DNA of 61,630 nt, filler included, from Dugesia japonica (taxonomy: Eukaryota): the NCBI GenBank assembly GCA_001938525.1. It is 5 parts of 5 records of this genome, joined end to end, with 100 filler letters (N's around TTAATTAATTAA, not from the genome) between each part and the next. Parts side by side here need not be neighbours in the genome. Positions count along the whole stretch, not along the records: positions 1 to 11,384 come from MQRL01596022.1; positions 11,485 to 21,299 come from MQRL01529196.1; 3 more parts are not named here. The stretch is one strand, 5' to 3'. A program made the translations under genes and the position numbers. This document shows, in pieces, positions 1 through 12,889 of this stretch (within the stretch, counting starts at the first letter, position 1; every line of letters starts with the position of its first letter). The notes beneath the pieces were generated by a model. It ran no database searches and was not told where the DNA came from. It worked only from the letters and a program-made list of their open reading frames with translations.

Positions 1-94
1 AGACATATTGCTATAAGTTCATGTAATTATATTTATTAAATAGAAAGAAATGGTACAAATTAAAATACAAAAGTTAATGTTCTAATAAATTAAT

Positions 95-2060
95 TTTTTA
101 TTACAAGTTTTTTGCTTCATGCTAGCTGCAAATTTTTTAATATCAGACTGGTATGTTGTCAATTGCAAGGTAATGTATGCTGCCGAATCTTCCTCTGTCA
201 ATCTGTTCCTATTCTTTGAATGTACTTGATTTAATACAGAAAAAAGACTTGCAAGAGTAAGTAGAAGAAAAAATGATTAACAATGAGATTGCTAACTTCT
301 TAACAGAACCAAAGGCATCTGGCATATTATTCTTTATGCTTTATCAAAATCCTGCATATCAAATAAGTCAGGATAATTCACAATTCTGAATAATTTCTGA
401 ATTCTTTTAAAATCTTTAAATCTGTTTGAGAACTGTTGTTTAATAGAATCAAGAATTTTTGAAAATTCATCAGTAAGGTTCCAATTTGTTTTTTCAAAAA
501 TTTGGGTTTCATTCATAAATATTTTAAGTTTTGGGAACTATTTAAATTGGCTAGATTCGATATCTCTAACAAAAATATTCAATTTAATTTCAAAAGCCTT
601 TATTAGCCTAAACATAACTTCAATTGTCTTTTCACATCCTTGCAATTGGTTCTTTATATCTGTAAAAAATATAAATGTTGTCAACCATTCTGTATCACAA
701 AGTTCTTTAAAATCGTTCTTATTAAATTCATTTAAAAATAGGTGTATTTCATCCAAGCAATTAACAAATCTCTCTAAGAATATAGCACGGCTTAGCCAAT
801 GTACGCTATTGCACATTAAAAGAGTGTCATATTCATAATTCACATTATTTAAGAGTTTTCTGAATTATCTTTTGTGTATGTCANGTGCAACTGTNAAATT
901 TACAATTTTATTAACTTTATCAGATATTGCTTTTAAATCGCTATTACCAACTTTTGCACATATAACTTGATGATGAATAATACAGTGAAATCCTATTAAC
1001 GGATGACAATGTATTTTTGAAATAAATTAACAAAACCAATATCTGGTCCAATCATATTAACCGCTCTATCTGTAGTAACAGAAATGATGTTTTTTAAATT
1101 GATGTTAAGTTTTTTTTAATTCGCTAATGACAACTTCACAAATATCTGTGTGAGTGGTTTTGAAGCGAGTTGAAATTTTTCTGCTTTGATTGGGAATTAA
1201 TTATTTAAAAAAAANNNNNNNNNNNNNNNNNNNNNNNNNNNNNNNNNNNNNNNNNNNNNNNNNNNNNNNNNNNNNNNNNNNNNNNNNAAAATTATGTGTA
1301 GTTAAAGATTAATTCAAATATTTTTTTATATAAAAATATTTATATAGTGTAAAAATGTTTAAAAGTAAAAATTAAATATTTTAGTAGCGAATGATGTTTT
1401 ATTTAAAAATTTTAAAAGTAAAAATTAGATATTTTAGTAGCAAATGCTGTTCTATTTAAAAATTTGTAAAAGTAAAAATTAAATAAAATTTCGATAACAG
1501 ATAATTACTTGCTTAAATTTTCGAGGTATTTTAAATAAAGTTTTAATTTAAGATTTTAACTTTATTAGAAAATAATTCCCAATTGAAGCATGAATTTTAA
1601 TTTGTTTGTTTAACCAAATAATGATGTTAAAGTTTGTATTTGAAATACATTTTATGGAATTGAATTATGATGTTAATGATTCGAGGAGTTTTTCAAACTC
1701 TCCTAACAATCTGTACCTCTTGTTTTTCCCGGTATATTTGCCAATTTTAAAAGTTCCTCATGCATTTCATTCCCTTTTGAATAACGCACAAAAATTGCTA
1801 ATCGGACAGATGACTTAATATCAGTTGTTTCATCCAGATAAATAGAGAAAAAGTCACAGCTATTGATATCCATGTGAAGTTGATCTGAAATATTAACACT
1901 CATTTTTTAAATCCTTTCTTTTATAGTATTTCTGCATAGCTGCAATTCTTGAATTCTTTGTATAATTGTTTCTTTATTGTTGAATACTTGAAACAAACTG
2001 GGTGCAGATTTTACAGATTTTTAAAAGAAATTGGTTTACCAAGAAGTTATCTACTTTCAA
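95..2060 (-). mobile_element. Degenerate hAT (Buster/GTF2IRD2-SCAND3-like) transposase, interrupted by a nested insertion at 1149-1708
   Basis: Minus-strand motifs in order: FFSIYLDETTDIKSSVRLAIFVRY (first catalytic D), ISVTTDRAVNMIG (TTDGA-like), FHCIIHHQVICAK (CxxH), NSVHWLSRAIFLERF (RWLSRG-like), STYSCKSFFS..KNRNRL (hAT dimerisation domain). Several stops and frameshifts. Confidence 0.85.
1149..1708. mobile_element. LTR-like insertion (solo LTR or gap-collapsed LTR element) inside the hAT transposase
   Basis: Begins TGTGAG, ends CTAACA (TG...CA). Flanked by the 5-bp duplication ATCTG at 1144-1148 and 1709-1713. Removing it restores the transposase reading RGTD-ICEVV. Contains an N gap. 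Confidence 0.7.
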
Positions 2061-2686
2061 AAAATTAACAATTAAATTTTATAATTCTTATAGGACAAAA
2101 TACGAGATATATTTTTATAAAATTTCTTTTGTTCTTGAAGTTTCTTCAATACTTCTGTAAATTGATTACTGAATGTAATATGTTAGAATCAGCGGCGGCT
2201 GGTAGATGATTTTTAGGGGAAGGTTGCAGTGGCAGCTTTTAAAATTTGTTAAATGTAATAAGTCCCAATTATATACAAGCTAAATTACTTAGTGCGGACT
2301 AAAATGTTTGCAGCCCACGATATACATATCACAAAAACGTATATCACGGGTTACTCCCGCCTGCTCAATGTACTGACTATGCAGTTTGACTTGGTCTGCA
2401 TTGACTACAGCCATGATGAGTACGCAATCGCACTGATTCTTACAATACACATATACAGATAGCATACCAAGGTTCCTAGTACCCACAATTCAAAAATAAA
2501 TACTATGAACAGAAAAAAAATATTTTTTTAGTAAAATAATTGTATAGTTATGTAATAGCTATAATAATTTTTCAATATTGAACATTATAACGCAAGTTCT
2601 GTAACAAAATCATTAAAATTCTAGAAATAAATGTTGTTTAGTTAAAACTATTAACATATTATTGCATAATACCTAATACGTAGTTT

Positions 2687-4950
2687 TTGAAAATAAATTT
2701 TGTATATTTAATTTCCTTGCTTTTAGTTATCAAAACAACATGGTTTCACATGCAATTTCAAATTAATGACAACACCCATAACCATTTATGTGAAATAGAG
2801 ACGTTCTTTACNNAAAAAATCATATCAAACCAAACAGAAAAAGCCAAAAAGTTAATTAAAAGTTTAGAAGAAATACAAAGTTAGAATTAAAATTAGTACC
2901 CAATTATAATAGAAAAATGTCAAACTATACGAAAAGAAGCTGATTTAACTATATAGCACAAATACAATCAAGGTAACGTCAGTGATTAATGTTTTTTTGA
3001 GACAGTATAACATGTATATTTCAGAATATCTAATAACCAAACGAGCTGCAGACGTGAAACAATTGACAGATCATAATGGTAAAGAACTAGAAGGGATACT
3101 GATTAATATATTTTAAAAAATAATTAACACTCAAAACGCAGCCATAACGACTAAATTGATGAAACTATAATTACTGGAAGAAACAATTAATCTTCATTAA
3201 AAAGATTAAAAAAAATCAGAAAATAATTATGCGAGAAAAATCACCAATGAGATGGAAACCCAAAGATCAAATGATATAGAAATNNNNNNNNNNNNNNNNN
3301 NNNNNNNNNNNNNNNNNNNNNNNNNNNNNNNNNAGATCATAATGGTAAAGAACTAGAAGGGATACTGATTAATATATTTTAAAAAATAATTAACACTCAA
3401 AACGCAGTCATTACGACTAAATTGATGAAACTATAATTACTGGAAGAAACAATTAATCTTAATTAAAAAGATTACAAAAAATCAGAAAATAATTATGCNA
3501 GAAAAATCACCAATGAGATGGAAACCCAAAGATCAAATGATATAGAAATTTTAAAGAAACACATTTCTAATTTGGAATATAAAATAAGACTTATGGAATA
3601 AAATCAGGTCATAGAAAAACATCTTAACTACGAGAAACATCAAATAATTCAAAATAAATAGAACTGAGTGCTATAATGAATGCTATAAAAAAGAAGGCCA
3701 CATTGCTGGACACTTTACAAAACTTCTACGATGCAATAATTATAAGAAGACTAAACATATGGCAAAAGTAATGATAAATTTCAACAGTGATAAAATGTCC
3801 GGCCATTTCAGGATACAAATATAAATCAATAAATCGAAAACAATGAAACTTCTTGCGAAGATCACTTTATTATTACAGATTGCAAAGGTAAAACAAATTA
3901 AGACAATGGGTTATTTAAAATAGCAACAAGTCAAGGAAAATCGAATTATTGAAACAATAGAAATGTTTATTAAAAGTTACTAGAAATAAGTGCATACATT
4001 AAGTTGAAATAAAATTACAAAAAATATAAAAATAATTAAAATTAAATAAACGCAATCATTAAATTTAATTGAAAGTTTTGCAGTAGAACCATGCATTGGA
4101 GTTGAACAAGAACTTCATAGCTATATATAAAAGATCAATAGCAATGTCATTTTGGTAATGAGAAAGTAAATGAAAATTAACAGTATAGAAGAAAATAGTA
4201 TTAATTCAAATCACATGTAACAATAGTCAATGCATGAATTACACATAAAAGATAAATAAACGAAATCAAAACCAAANATCCAACAGGAATACAATATAGA
4301 TTCAATTGAAATGCAATTGGCATGTCAAACAAGTGCAATTTACCAATTAGCCAATTCAGAAAATTTGATAACAATTTGATAAGCTGTTTAAGAAAATTAA
4401 TAAAAATTTCAAAATGCACATACAGAAACCTGATTGATTAACCTATCAGAAATGAAGACGGTTTAGCAATCAACTTGAGGTTTAACAAATTTTAATTTTG
4501 AAAATAAATAATTAGCTGACAAATAAATGAATGTTAGTTAACAAAATAGTAATTTTTAACTATTAGTCAATAGCATGTGTAGAGAAAATTAACCAATCAT
4601 AAACAATGATGGGGAGAGTGTAAAAAATTGGTATATAAGCAGTTGCAATTTCATTATTAATCCCGTTTTTTCTAGTTGTGAAAATCTTTGAGAATAAACC
4701 TAATCCATATTAGTAGGCGGAAATATTATTGAATAGTTCCCTATAGTATCCGTCTTGCTATTGATGATTAACGCATGATTTTCAGGTATGTGAGTATTGT
4801 AGGTTTTATTAAGAGTAATATTATCTTAAATGTGTTCATACGGGGGATGCAATAATTTTCTTGTGTTGTGGTAAATATTCTAAAAAGTATTTTGTGATTG
4901 ATCGATTGGATTTTAATATGTATTTTTACCTTGATCTTTGAAAATTAACA
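2687..4950 (+). mobile_element. 3' end of an LTR retroelement with a decayed env-like ORF, polypurine tract and 3' LTR
   Basis: Signal-peptide-like start (KINFVYLISLLLVIKTTW), a TKR|AADV basic site, heptad-like and Cys-containing fragments. Then GGGGAGAG (4611-4618) directly followed by TGTAAAA, with TATATAA and AATAAA downstream. Confidence 0.4.
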
Positions 4951-4966
4951 TTAGTTACGAAGTAAT

Positions 4967-5120
4967 CTATATAGATAAAAATGTAAAAGTAAAAGTTCAT
5001 TTGTTTAAAATCGATAAACTTCAAAAGTCTTCTGCAGATTGCCTTGAAATTTTGACACAATGTTACATTTGAATCCAGACATGTTCATATATACCTATTA
5101 TTTATTTTAATATGCCTATG
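4967..5120 (+). mobile_element. 5' fragment of a Helitron (same family as 6964-7267)
   Basis: A|TCTATATAGATAAAAATGTAAAAGT...GCCTTGAAATTTTGA aligns with the 5' part of the complete copy at 6964. Confidence 0.6.
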
Positions 5121-5357
5121 CGAAACCTTTTAAATAAACTTTATTAATTCATTGTAAAAATTGATTTGTTAGAATATTTATTTAACATAACAAGATTTTT
5201 GAATCTAATTTAAATAAATTACTTATTATTCAAATATTATATCCAAAGTTGATAACAATAATGTAAGTTAATATAATTTAATTTTTGTTTCATCTTTTAA
5301 AATTTAAAAATACATGATAAAATTAAATATTTTCACAATTACGAAAATAAATAATTA

Positions 5358-5492
5358 CAATTATTGCGAGAATAATTGTTGGACTTAACCATTGATAGCG
5401 TTTGATATTTCCTTAAAATAAAGAAAAGGCTTCGATCAAAAATAAAATTTATTTGAAAGAAATTCAATTTTTCGACCATAGTCTTTCAGGAA
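5358..5492 (-). repeat. Hammerhead-repeat family copy (degenerate core plus terminal hairpin)
   Basis: Minus strand: TTC-CTGA(--)AAGAC-TATG-GTC-GAAA, then TTTGATCGAAGC and TCAATGGTTAAGTCCAACAATTATTCTCGCAATAATTG, as in the copies at 29.1, 43.8 and 44.5 kb. Confidence 0.65.
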
Positions 5493-6124
5493 CATGATGA
5501 CTTCTTGATAGATTCAACNNNNNNNNNNNNNNNNNNNNNNNNNNNNNNNNNNNNNNNNNNNNNNNNNNNNTTTTTTAATTATGAATTTTAATTTTAAATT
5601 GACTCTCAAAATCTTTTTTAATTAAATTGAAAAGTCTTTTAGATATTTAATTATTAGTTGTGTTTTGATATAATTTTCATACATTAGAGATTTTTAAAAG
5701 TTTTTTTCCAATTATAACTTTTTATATAATAGTTATTTTAAAAAGTTTATTCGATTTTAATTTTTATATATTAGAAATTTTGAAATTTTTACAATTATTA
5801 TATTATAATTAAAATTTTAAATTATTTATTTTTTTGTATTTTTGTTGTGTTTTTTGTTACATATTTACTATATATATATATATATAATTAGTGTTTTTAT
5901 TTATGTTGTATTCAAAAGTTAATATTTTAAAATCGATTTTAAAATCAATTAAAATAGAACTATTTTTATATTAAAATTATTTTTTTAAAAAAACATTTAA
6001 AAGTTTCTTTCAAATTCGTATTAAAATTTTTTTTATTAATATTAGTTCATTTTTTACAAATATATTTATTTTAAACATATTATTTATTGATATTGATTTA
6101 AACTTTATTCTCAAATTTTTTTTA

Positions 6125-6900
6125 ATTATTGTAACTGTTGAACACCACATTGATCTGAGGTTTATCCTCTTTAACTAATATTTGTTCATGTTTCTTTCTG
6201 TGAAGTGTAAAAATGTAGCNNNNNNNNNNNNNNNNNNNNNNNNNNNNNNNNNNNNNNNNNNNNACATTATGTTTGTTTTGAAAGGGTTTGAGATGTTCTT
6301 TAATTCTTCTATGGATGGTTCTGCATGATTATCCTATAAATGTATCTTTACATAAGGTGCATGTTTATTTGTAAGTGATATTTTTTATTGCAGATACTTT
6401 TACCATCACAAATGCATTTTGGACCACAAAATTCTGTCTTGGTTTCTGTAAATGGATACCCAAAGGTGCTTGCGTTTTAAATATAATTCTTGGATTGTGT
6501 TTGAGTTTCGATTTTTTTATTATATTTTGCATGATTTGGCTACATTTCTCATAAATAAAAGAAAATTTAATTACTGTGTTTGTTTTTTGTTTGATTTTAT
6601 TAAATTTTGCACTTGAGGATAAATACTTAGATACAATTATATTTGGATAACCATTATTTAGAAATTTATATTTTATCAGCCTGAAAGAGGTCAATCTCAT
6701 TTATTCATTTGAAGATAGTCTTTCAGCTCTTATTCTTTCACCCTTAATTATTCCAATTTTCTGTCTGATGGTAGCATTACTACTCCAGAGTAATATATGT
6801 CCACGGTGAGATGGTTTCATATATAACTGGATAGTTAATATTTCACCAAGCGAAGAATATATTAAACCATTAACTAAATAATCAATATTATTTATTAAAT
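6125..6900 (-). mobile_element. Penelope-like element remnant (RT thumb + GIY-YIG endonuclease)
   Basis: YMKPSHRGHILLWSS..KIGIIKGERIRA..FLNNGYP (PLE thumb), ITYK*TCTLCKDTFIG*SCRTIHRRIKEH (GIY-YIG), EQILVKEDKPQIN. Confidence 0.8.
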
Positions 6901-6963
6901 AATAAATTACAAGAAATTATCATCGTATTGTATCACTTTAAACATGACTTTTATCTTTCAAAA

Positions 6964-7267
6964 TCTATATAAATAACAATGTAAATGTAAATGTTCGTTT
7001 GTTCAAGATCGAAAAACTCCAAAAGTATTTCAAACAGCCTTGAAATTTTGATAGATTACTTCTCATATGGACAATTGTATGTTGCATGTTCTAGATTTAG
7101 CAAAATAAGCAATCTTTATATCTATACAAAACAATAGAACAACAAAAAATATTGAACATCCACAAGTATTGTAAAATTAAATATATTAGAAACGTATTGA
7201 TTCTCTTTTCTTTTCAGTTTAATTCAACCAAACTGAGCCACAGCAATGCGTGGCCGGGTATGGCTAG
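6964..7267 (+). mobile_element. Complete non-autonomous Helitron (about 304 bp)
   Basis: Inserted between A and T. 5' TC(TATAT), subterminal hairpin GCCAC-AGCAATGC-GTGGC (7237-7254), 3' CTAG, no TSD. Confidence 0.85.
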
Positions 7268-8130
7268 TTAGTTATAAAATGCATGGTTTCAAAAGTTAAT
7301 AAAGAATTTTAAAATGTTAATGATGAGTTTCAATAAGTGAGTGGTTGATGGCCGTAACCAATGCTGGATAAACTTTAGATCCCTGAATTTGTTAACCACT
7401 TTAAATATTACGGTTCCATTATATTGTGGTTAAGCATAGTGACTTAGAATAAGGGTATAAATGATCATTAGCAGTTAATGGTTTACTAAATGTAGTCACA
7501 GAATTTTTATAACTTTAATGAATTATAGTAAACAGTTTTGTTAACATTCCAACTATGATACGAAAACAATGTAAGGTCTTGATTTATATTAGTGCACCAG
7601 ACACTCTAAGATTAAGGAGGTTTTTAAAGAGGATTTTTTGAATGGTATCCATAATTGGTATACCAACAACAGACTAAGATTATTAAATCCTAACCAAAGA
7701 GAGTCGGGCATGTACTTTATGGTCATATAGTTAAAGTAATTTTTGAGCCAATAACTTTTGTTTAAATAAGTAGAATAATTCAATTCTAAGAAATTAATTG
7801 TATCAGTATTTTTATTTGTTTTAGTATGAATTTACAGTGAAAATAATTCAANNNNNNNNNNNNNNNNNNNNNNNNNNNNNNNNNNNNNNNNNNNNNNNNN
7901 NNNNNNNNNNNNNNNNNNNNNNNNNNNNNNNNNNNNNNNNNNNNNNNNNNNNNNNNNNNNNNAGAATATTGACATAGCTGACATTTGATCATGGGTTCAC
8001 AAGTTTTCTTGTGAAACATCCGATTGTGATATTTCATGAACTACAAAATTGGAAACATCAAAATCCTTACAAAGTTTTGACAAAACACATTTGATTAGAT
8101 ATCTTTCTGAATTTATTAAAGCCTCTAAAC

Positions 8131-8436
8131 CAGTGTCTCGCAAATTGTGGGCTGCAATGAAATTCAAGTGTGCCGCCAGAGATTTTAAATTTTAATAAAA
8201 TTCTATAATCTAGAATCTAAAACATTATCTCGCAAACTTTTTTAATCTGCAGCAAACCAAAATATAAATTTGTTTCTAGAATCAAAAACTCTAGAGTTTT
8301 TTGGTAATTTACAGTGTATAATATATAGAATCGACAAGCATTTAAAACAGAATGAATGATAAAATAATTTGATGTGAAGCAAGAAAAATATTGATATTTT
8401 GGTGTGCCGCAGACTAAAAAAGTTTGCGAGACACTG
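8131..8436. mobile_element. hAT (Buster-type) MITE
   Basis: Perfect 14-bp TIRs CAGTGTCTCGCAAA / TTTGCGAGACACTG. 8-bp TSD CTCTAAAC / ATCTAAAC with central TA. Subterminal GTGTGCCGC motifs. Confidence 0.9.
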
Positions 8437-8923
8437 ATCTAAACACTTGGTCCTTAGTGTAGACTGTTCTATCAATTTGACCAGTAGTAATGAGAAATTT
8501 ATTTAAGAAAATTGCGCATTTAAACTGTTTGTTAGAAAGGATTTAGTTGTCTGCCAATTTATGTTCTGGCGAGGTTCCGTTAATCCCATCAGTAGAGCTT
8601 TATTGTCAAAATTGTTGAGGGTGATAAAATTACCATTTGGTTTCTTTCTAAATTATGCAGACGCAACTACCTTCGTCACGATCGATAAAATCACTTATTT
8701 TGTATTGTAAATAGTGGTCTTATTATTTGTTTTGAGATTAATAAATATTTCAAAAATATTGTCTTCATTCAGTCACTATATTATTATTTATAATATTTTC
8801 CATTAATATTTTCACTAATATCTGACAAATATTTATCATGTAAAACATAATTTTAAAATATAAAATATAATTAACTAGAATTATAAAATACTTTAGGAGA
8901 ATGAAATAAATTAATAATCCTAC

Positions 8924-9295
8924 AATTCAGTTTCAAAATAGGTTTTAATTGATCTCCAAAATATAACAAATCCTCCACTAAAAGCACCAATTCCAAAAAG
9001 AACCATGATTAATCCTAGCATTGATGCTACCGGAGAACTCCTCATGCAACCAATACATCCTTTCTCTAAAATGTTTAATTTAATTAATTAGAAAATACTA
9101 AAAATATCATTTTTATTTNNNNNNNNNNNNNNNNNNNNNNNNNNNNNNNNNNNNNNNNNNNNNNNNNNNNNNNNNNNNNNNNNNNNNNNNNNNNNNNNNN
9201 NNNNNNNNNNNNNNNNNNNNNNNNNNNNNNNNNNNNNNNNNNNNNNNNNNNNNNNNNNNNNNNNNNNNNNNNNNNNNNNNNNNNNNNNNNNNNNN

Positions 9296-9354
<59 letters not shown>

Positions 9355-9418
9355 TGTTAGGTAGACCTTCAATTGGTAATTCATTTTTCAAATCAGAACT
9401 AATATTTTGAGACATCAT
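8924..9418 (-). CDS. M6/PLP (myelin proteolipid, GPM6-like) family protein, first exons (9418-9367; 9065-8924)
   Basis: Exon 9065-8924 between AG and GT reads (E)KGCIGCMRSSPVASMLGLIMVLFGIGAFSGGFVIFWRSIKTYFETE, resembling the N-terminus/TM1 of PLP/M6 proteins (C..C...P.ASL....L..G...F.G......TYFE). The upstream ATG exon joins in compatible phase 1. Downstream exons not identified. Confidence 0.6.
9296..9354. repeat. (AAT)n microsatellite
   Basis: Direct reading; borders an N gap. Confidence 0.95.
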
Positions 9419-11322
9419 TTATTTTACTACTAAAACTCTGCTATTTATATATAATTATCATTGAAAAGAACTGATTGAAAATTAGTACTGAATTAACTCA
9501 ATTTCTATTGGCTAAAAATATTAATTAATAATTATTTCCTTATAATAATAATAATAATAATAATCACTTATCACCTTATTTTTGAAATATAAAGATTTTT
9601 TCAAAAGCTCTAAATTGAATTGTTTTTACATGATATAACTAATATAATAATTTATATAATAAATATAAAATTTATAAGAAATAAAAAAAAGATATTTCAA
9701 ATGATGACATAAATGTTTAAGTTAGACTAAAAACTAGCAGTAGACCACAGAAAAGCCATGTTTAACAAAAACGCTTTAAAAGTTTCCATCCACTGAATAA
9801 AGCAAAAACTTGCTAAAAGAAGCCAACTGGAATACACGTGCAAATCTGAACAAGAGTATAAAAGATTACAATGCCCATGCTACACTTGGGCAAGTCAATT
9901 TCTGAAAGAAACGGAAGCCCGTGTCTGACACAGGAATGTCAGACAAAGAGTTAACACCTTCTGGGTCAAATTAATGGTTTTCACGATCTAATGTCTCCAT
10001 GATGTATGTTCTCATTATCAGTATCTGTAAGAGCAATTTAGAGGACAGATCATGTTACATATGAGGCCCCTATCACTAGAAGACCATTGTGAATGTTCTC
10101 TTTCAGGCCTGCTCAATGTAATGAAATTTGTCGTTTATCATTTATTTTACATTAAATAAAATCTATATGATACGGTATTAATTCAAAATAATAAAACAAC
10201 AATAATTTTGTCAGTAGTGTTTAATTTATTCACAAATATTATCAGGTTATTAAATAGAATTAAACAAATACAATCGATATTATAAATGTAAACAATTATT
10301 ACAACAATTAATCATAAAATGAAAATATTATTCAAAGATTTGCAAATTAAATTCTATTATTTACAGTTAGACATCAAAGTTCAATCAGCCACATTTATAA
10401 CCGATCAAACTGAAGAAATTTCAGGTCTATTAAAACAAAATATTTTTGAAATAAATTAAAACATTCGCTGTTATGACTATTTTTCTAATAAAANNNNNNN
10501 NNNNNNNNNNNNNNNNNNNNNNNNNNNNNNNNNNNNNNNNNNNNNNNNNNNNNNNNNNNNNNNNNNNNNNNNNNNNNNNNNNNNNNNNNNNNNNNNNNNN
10601 NNNNNNNNNNNNNNNNNNNNNNNNNNNNNNNNNNATATTATATTATATTATATTATATATTAATTATGTTATAACTTTATACTATATTGTAAAGTTGTTT
10701 TCATTAAACCAACTAAATTAAATTAAGAATTTCTTTATATAACTTTGTTATTTAGTTTTTTGTTATTTTTAATATTTCATGGTGAAAAGTCAATAAAAAC
10801 AAATCGACATAATTAGTATTTGGAAATGACATGATGAATTTAACATTAATGCAGTTCATTGGAAAATCGATTTAACAAATGAATTTTAAGATTAGAAATT
10901 AATTTTTTTGTTGNNNNNNNNNNNNNNNNNNNNNNNNNNNNNNNNNNNNNNNNNNNNNNNNNNNNNNNNNNNNNNNNNNNNNNNNNNNNNNNNNNNNNNN
11001 NNNNNNNNNGATATTGCGCTAGTAAGCATTTTATAAAAGAAAGATTAATAATAATGTAAATATTAAATGAGAATTAATAACTTTATTAATATATAACTTT
11101 ATAATTTACACCAATAATAAAATGTTAAAATATAATAAGATAATTACAGTACTTGTGTATCACAACTGATGAGTGTTAACAGTTCTCTAAAATAATATTA
11201 ATAACAATTAGCCAAATAACTTCAGTGTTTTTAAATTAATCACATACACGATATTTTATTATTAATTTAGTGTTTTATTATTTAAACACATTATTATTAT
11301 TAATCTTTCCTCACAATAATAA

Positions 11323-11325
<3 letters not shown>

Positions 11326-11384
<59 letters not shown>
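11326..11384. repeat. (AAT)n microsatellite at scaffold end
   Basis: Direct reading. Confidence 0.95.
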
Positions 11385-11484
11385 NNNNNNNNNNNNNNNN
11401 NNNNNNNNNNNNNNNNNNNNNNNNNNNNTTAATTAATTAANNNNNNNNNNNNNNNNNNNNNNNNNNNNNNNNNNNNNNNNNNNN
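11385..11484. other. Artificial 100-bp scaffold spacer
   Basis: 44 N + TTAATTAATTAA (stops in all six frames) + 44 N. Confidence 0.95.
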
Positions 11485-12600
11485 AACGTATTCTCCGACT
11501 CTCTAACAACTTAATTACCATAGTAGTTCCAGGTTTCAGACCATATTCATAAATATGGCCATTTACATCATTAATGCTAACTACTGGTGTACAAACAATA
11601 TATTCGCCTATGGGTTTTGCCGATTCAACCTCCTCCAATGCATTGAGTAAATCTTTTACAGTTTTCCTTTCAGTTTTAACACTATTGGAATGTTCCACTT
11701 TGTCGCCACTGGTACTTTCTTCAAAACCTGATCCATCTTGATGTATGCGGTTTAATCTTCATCCGGTCTCCATGCTTCCATTGCTTTGATTTTATAATCC
11801 CCTACGGTTGTGTTTTCTAGCAACTCTTTTCCATATTCCAGAATTAATGGTCTCCACTTTTGACCCGTCATTGTGTCCATATGACCTGGTTCGGCTAACT
11901 TAACTAAATGATTCATTATTTTCCAATAACCCTTCCTGAGTAATTCATCCTTTAATGATTTAGCATCCTTTATGACTGTTTCTACATAGTCATACACTCT
12001 TGTTTTGTATTTAATCGGTGCTTTCAATCGCGCTGGATCGCTTTTGGTTATCATACTGATTTGTTTGTCAGGTCATTGGCTGTTTGATCTCCTTTACCAC
12101 ATCTGCCAGAAATNCTTGCTGCAATTTGCTTATTCCTTTGGTTGTAGTTGTTGACTCCGTCCGTACTAACAACATTTATTTGTGATATTTCTTTTCAAAT
12201 GATTTTACTATTTGCTCGGTCGTTCTGAAATCAAAATAATATTACAATGGTCGCTTAATGCGATGCATTTCTACTAAATCTATTAACTTTATTGTAGTTT
12301 TACCTGGCCAGACTCCATATTTCGAGATATGTGTTTTAGCATCATCTTATTCTATCACTCTAGTTCGAGAACACAAAACATACTCTCCGATAGGCTTTGG
12401 CCATGCCAGTTCATTCACTGCTTGTAATAATCCACTCACAGTAGTATCTTTCAATACAATTTTCCTAAGTATCTCTTGATATTTCAATTCAGTTGAATCT
12501 TCATCTATGGCTGGCTCGTAAGCATTAATACTATAATCATCGGGTTTTGTATGACTACGAATTTCCGATTAAACTTCTTGCGCCTGCGGGAACCACACTT
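11485..12600 (-). pseudogene. Decayed ORF downstream of gag with two copies of a ~65-aa ubiquitin-like-looking domain
   Basis: DTTVSGLLQAVNELAWPKPIGEYVLCSRTRVIE*DDAKTHISKYGVWPGKTTIKL (about 12460-12250) aligns with KTVKDLLNALEEVESAKPIGEYIVCTPVVSINDVNGHIYEYGLKPGTTMVIKL (about 11670-11490). Confidence 0.55.
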
Positions 12601-12889
12601 CGCTGGTGTACCTATCTAACTCCCATGACTCCATTAACTTCAACACATGCTTCATCATTGCCGAATATGCTTCTCGATAGACTACTGCCTTGAATGTTTG
12701 AATCATTGTAATTTTATCCTCCACCTGTCTAGTTATCGCTGCTCCTTTTGCTGTTAATTTTGCTGATAGTTCTACCTACATTGGCTGAGCTCTCATCATA
12801 TTTATTCGTCCTTGATTATTCTCTAGTTTTTGCATTCTCTCTCTCACCACTTGTTGTTCCTCCAATTGTAATTGCAAATATTCCTGTTC

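Noticed and set aside
3068-3549. ~215-bp direct duplication
   Set aside because: The copies sit on either side of a 50-N gap, typical of unmerged contig overlap.
9088-9384. Poly-I / poly-Y ORFs and other ORFs running through N
   Set aside because: Translations of an (AAT)n microsatellite and gaps.
9923-9946. Perfect 9-bp hairpin TGTCTGACA...TGTCAGACA
   Set aside because: Single occurrence with no supporting context.
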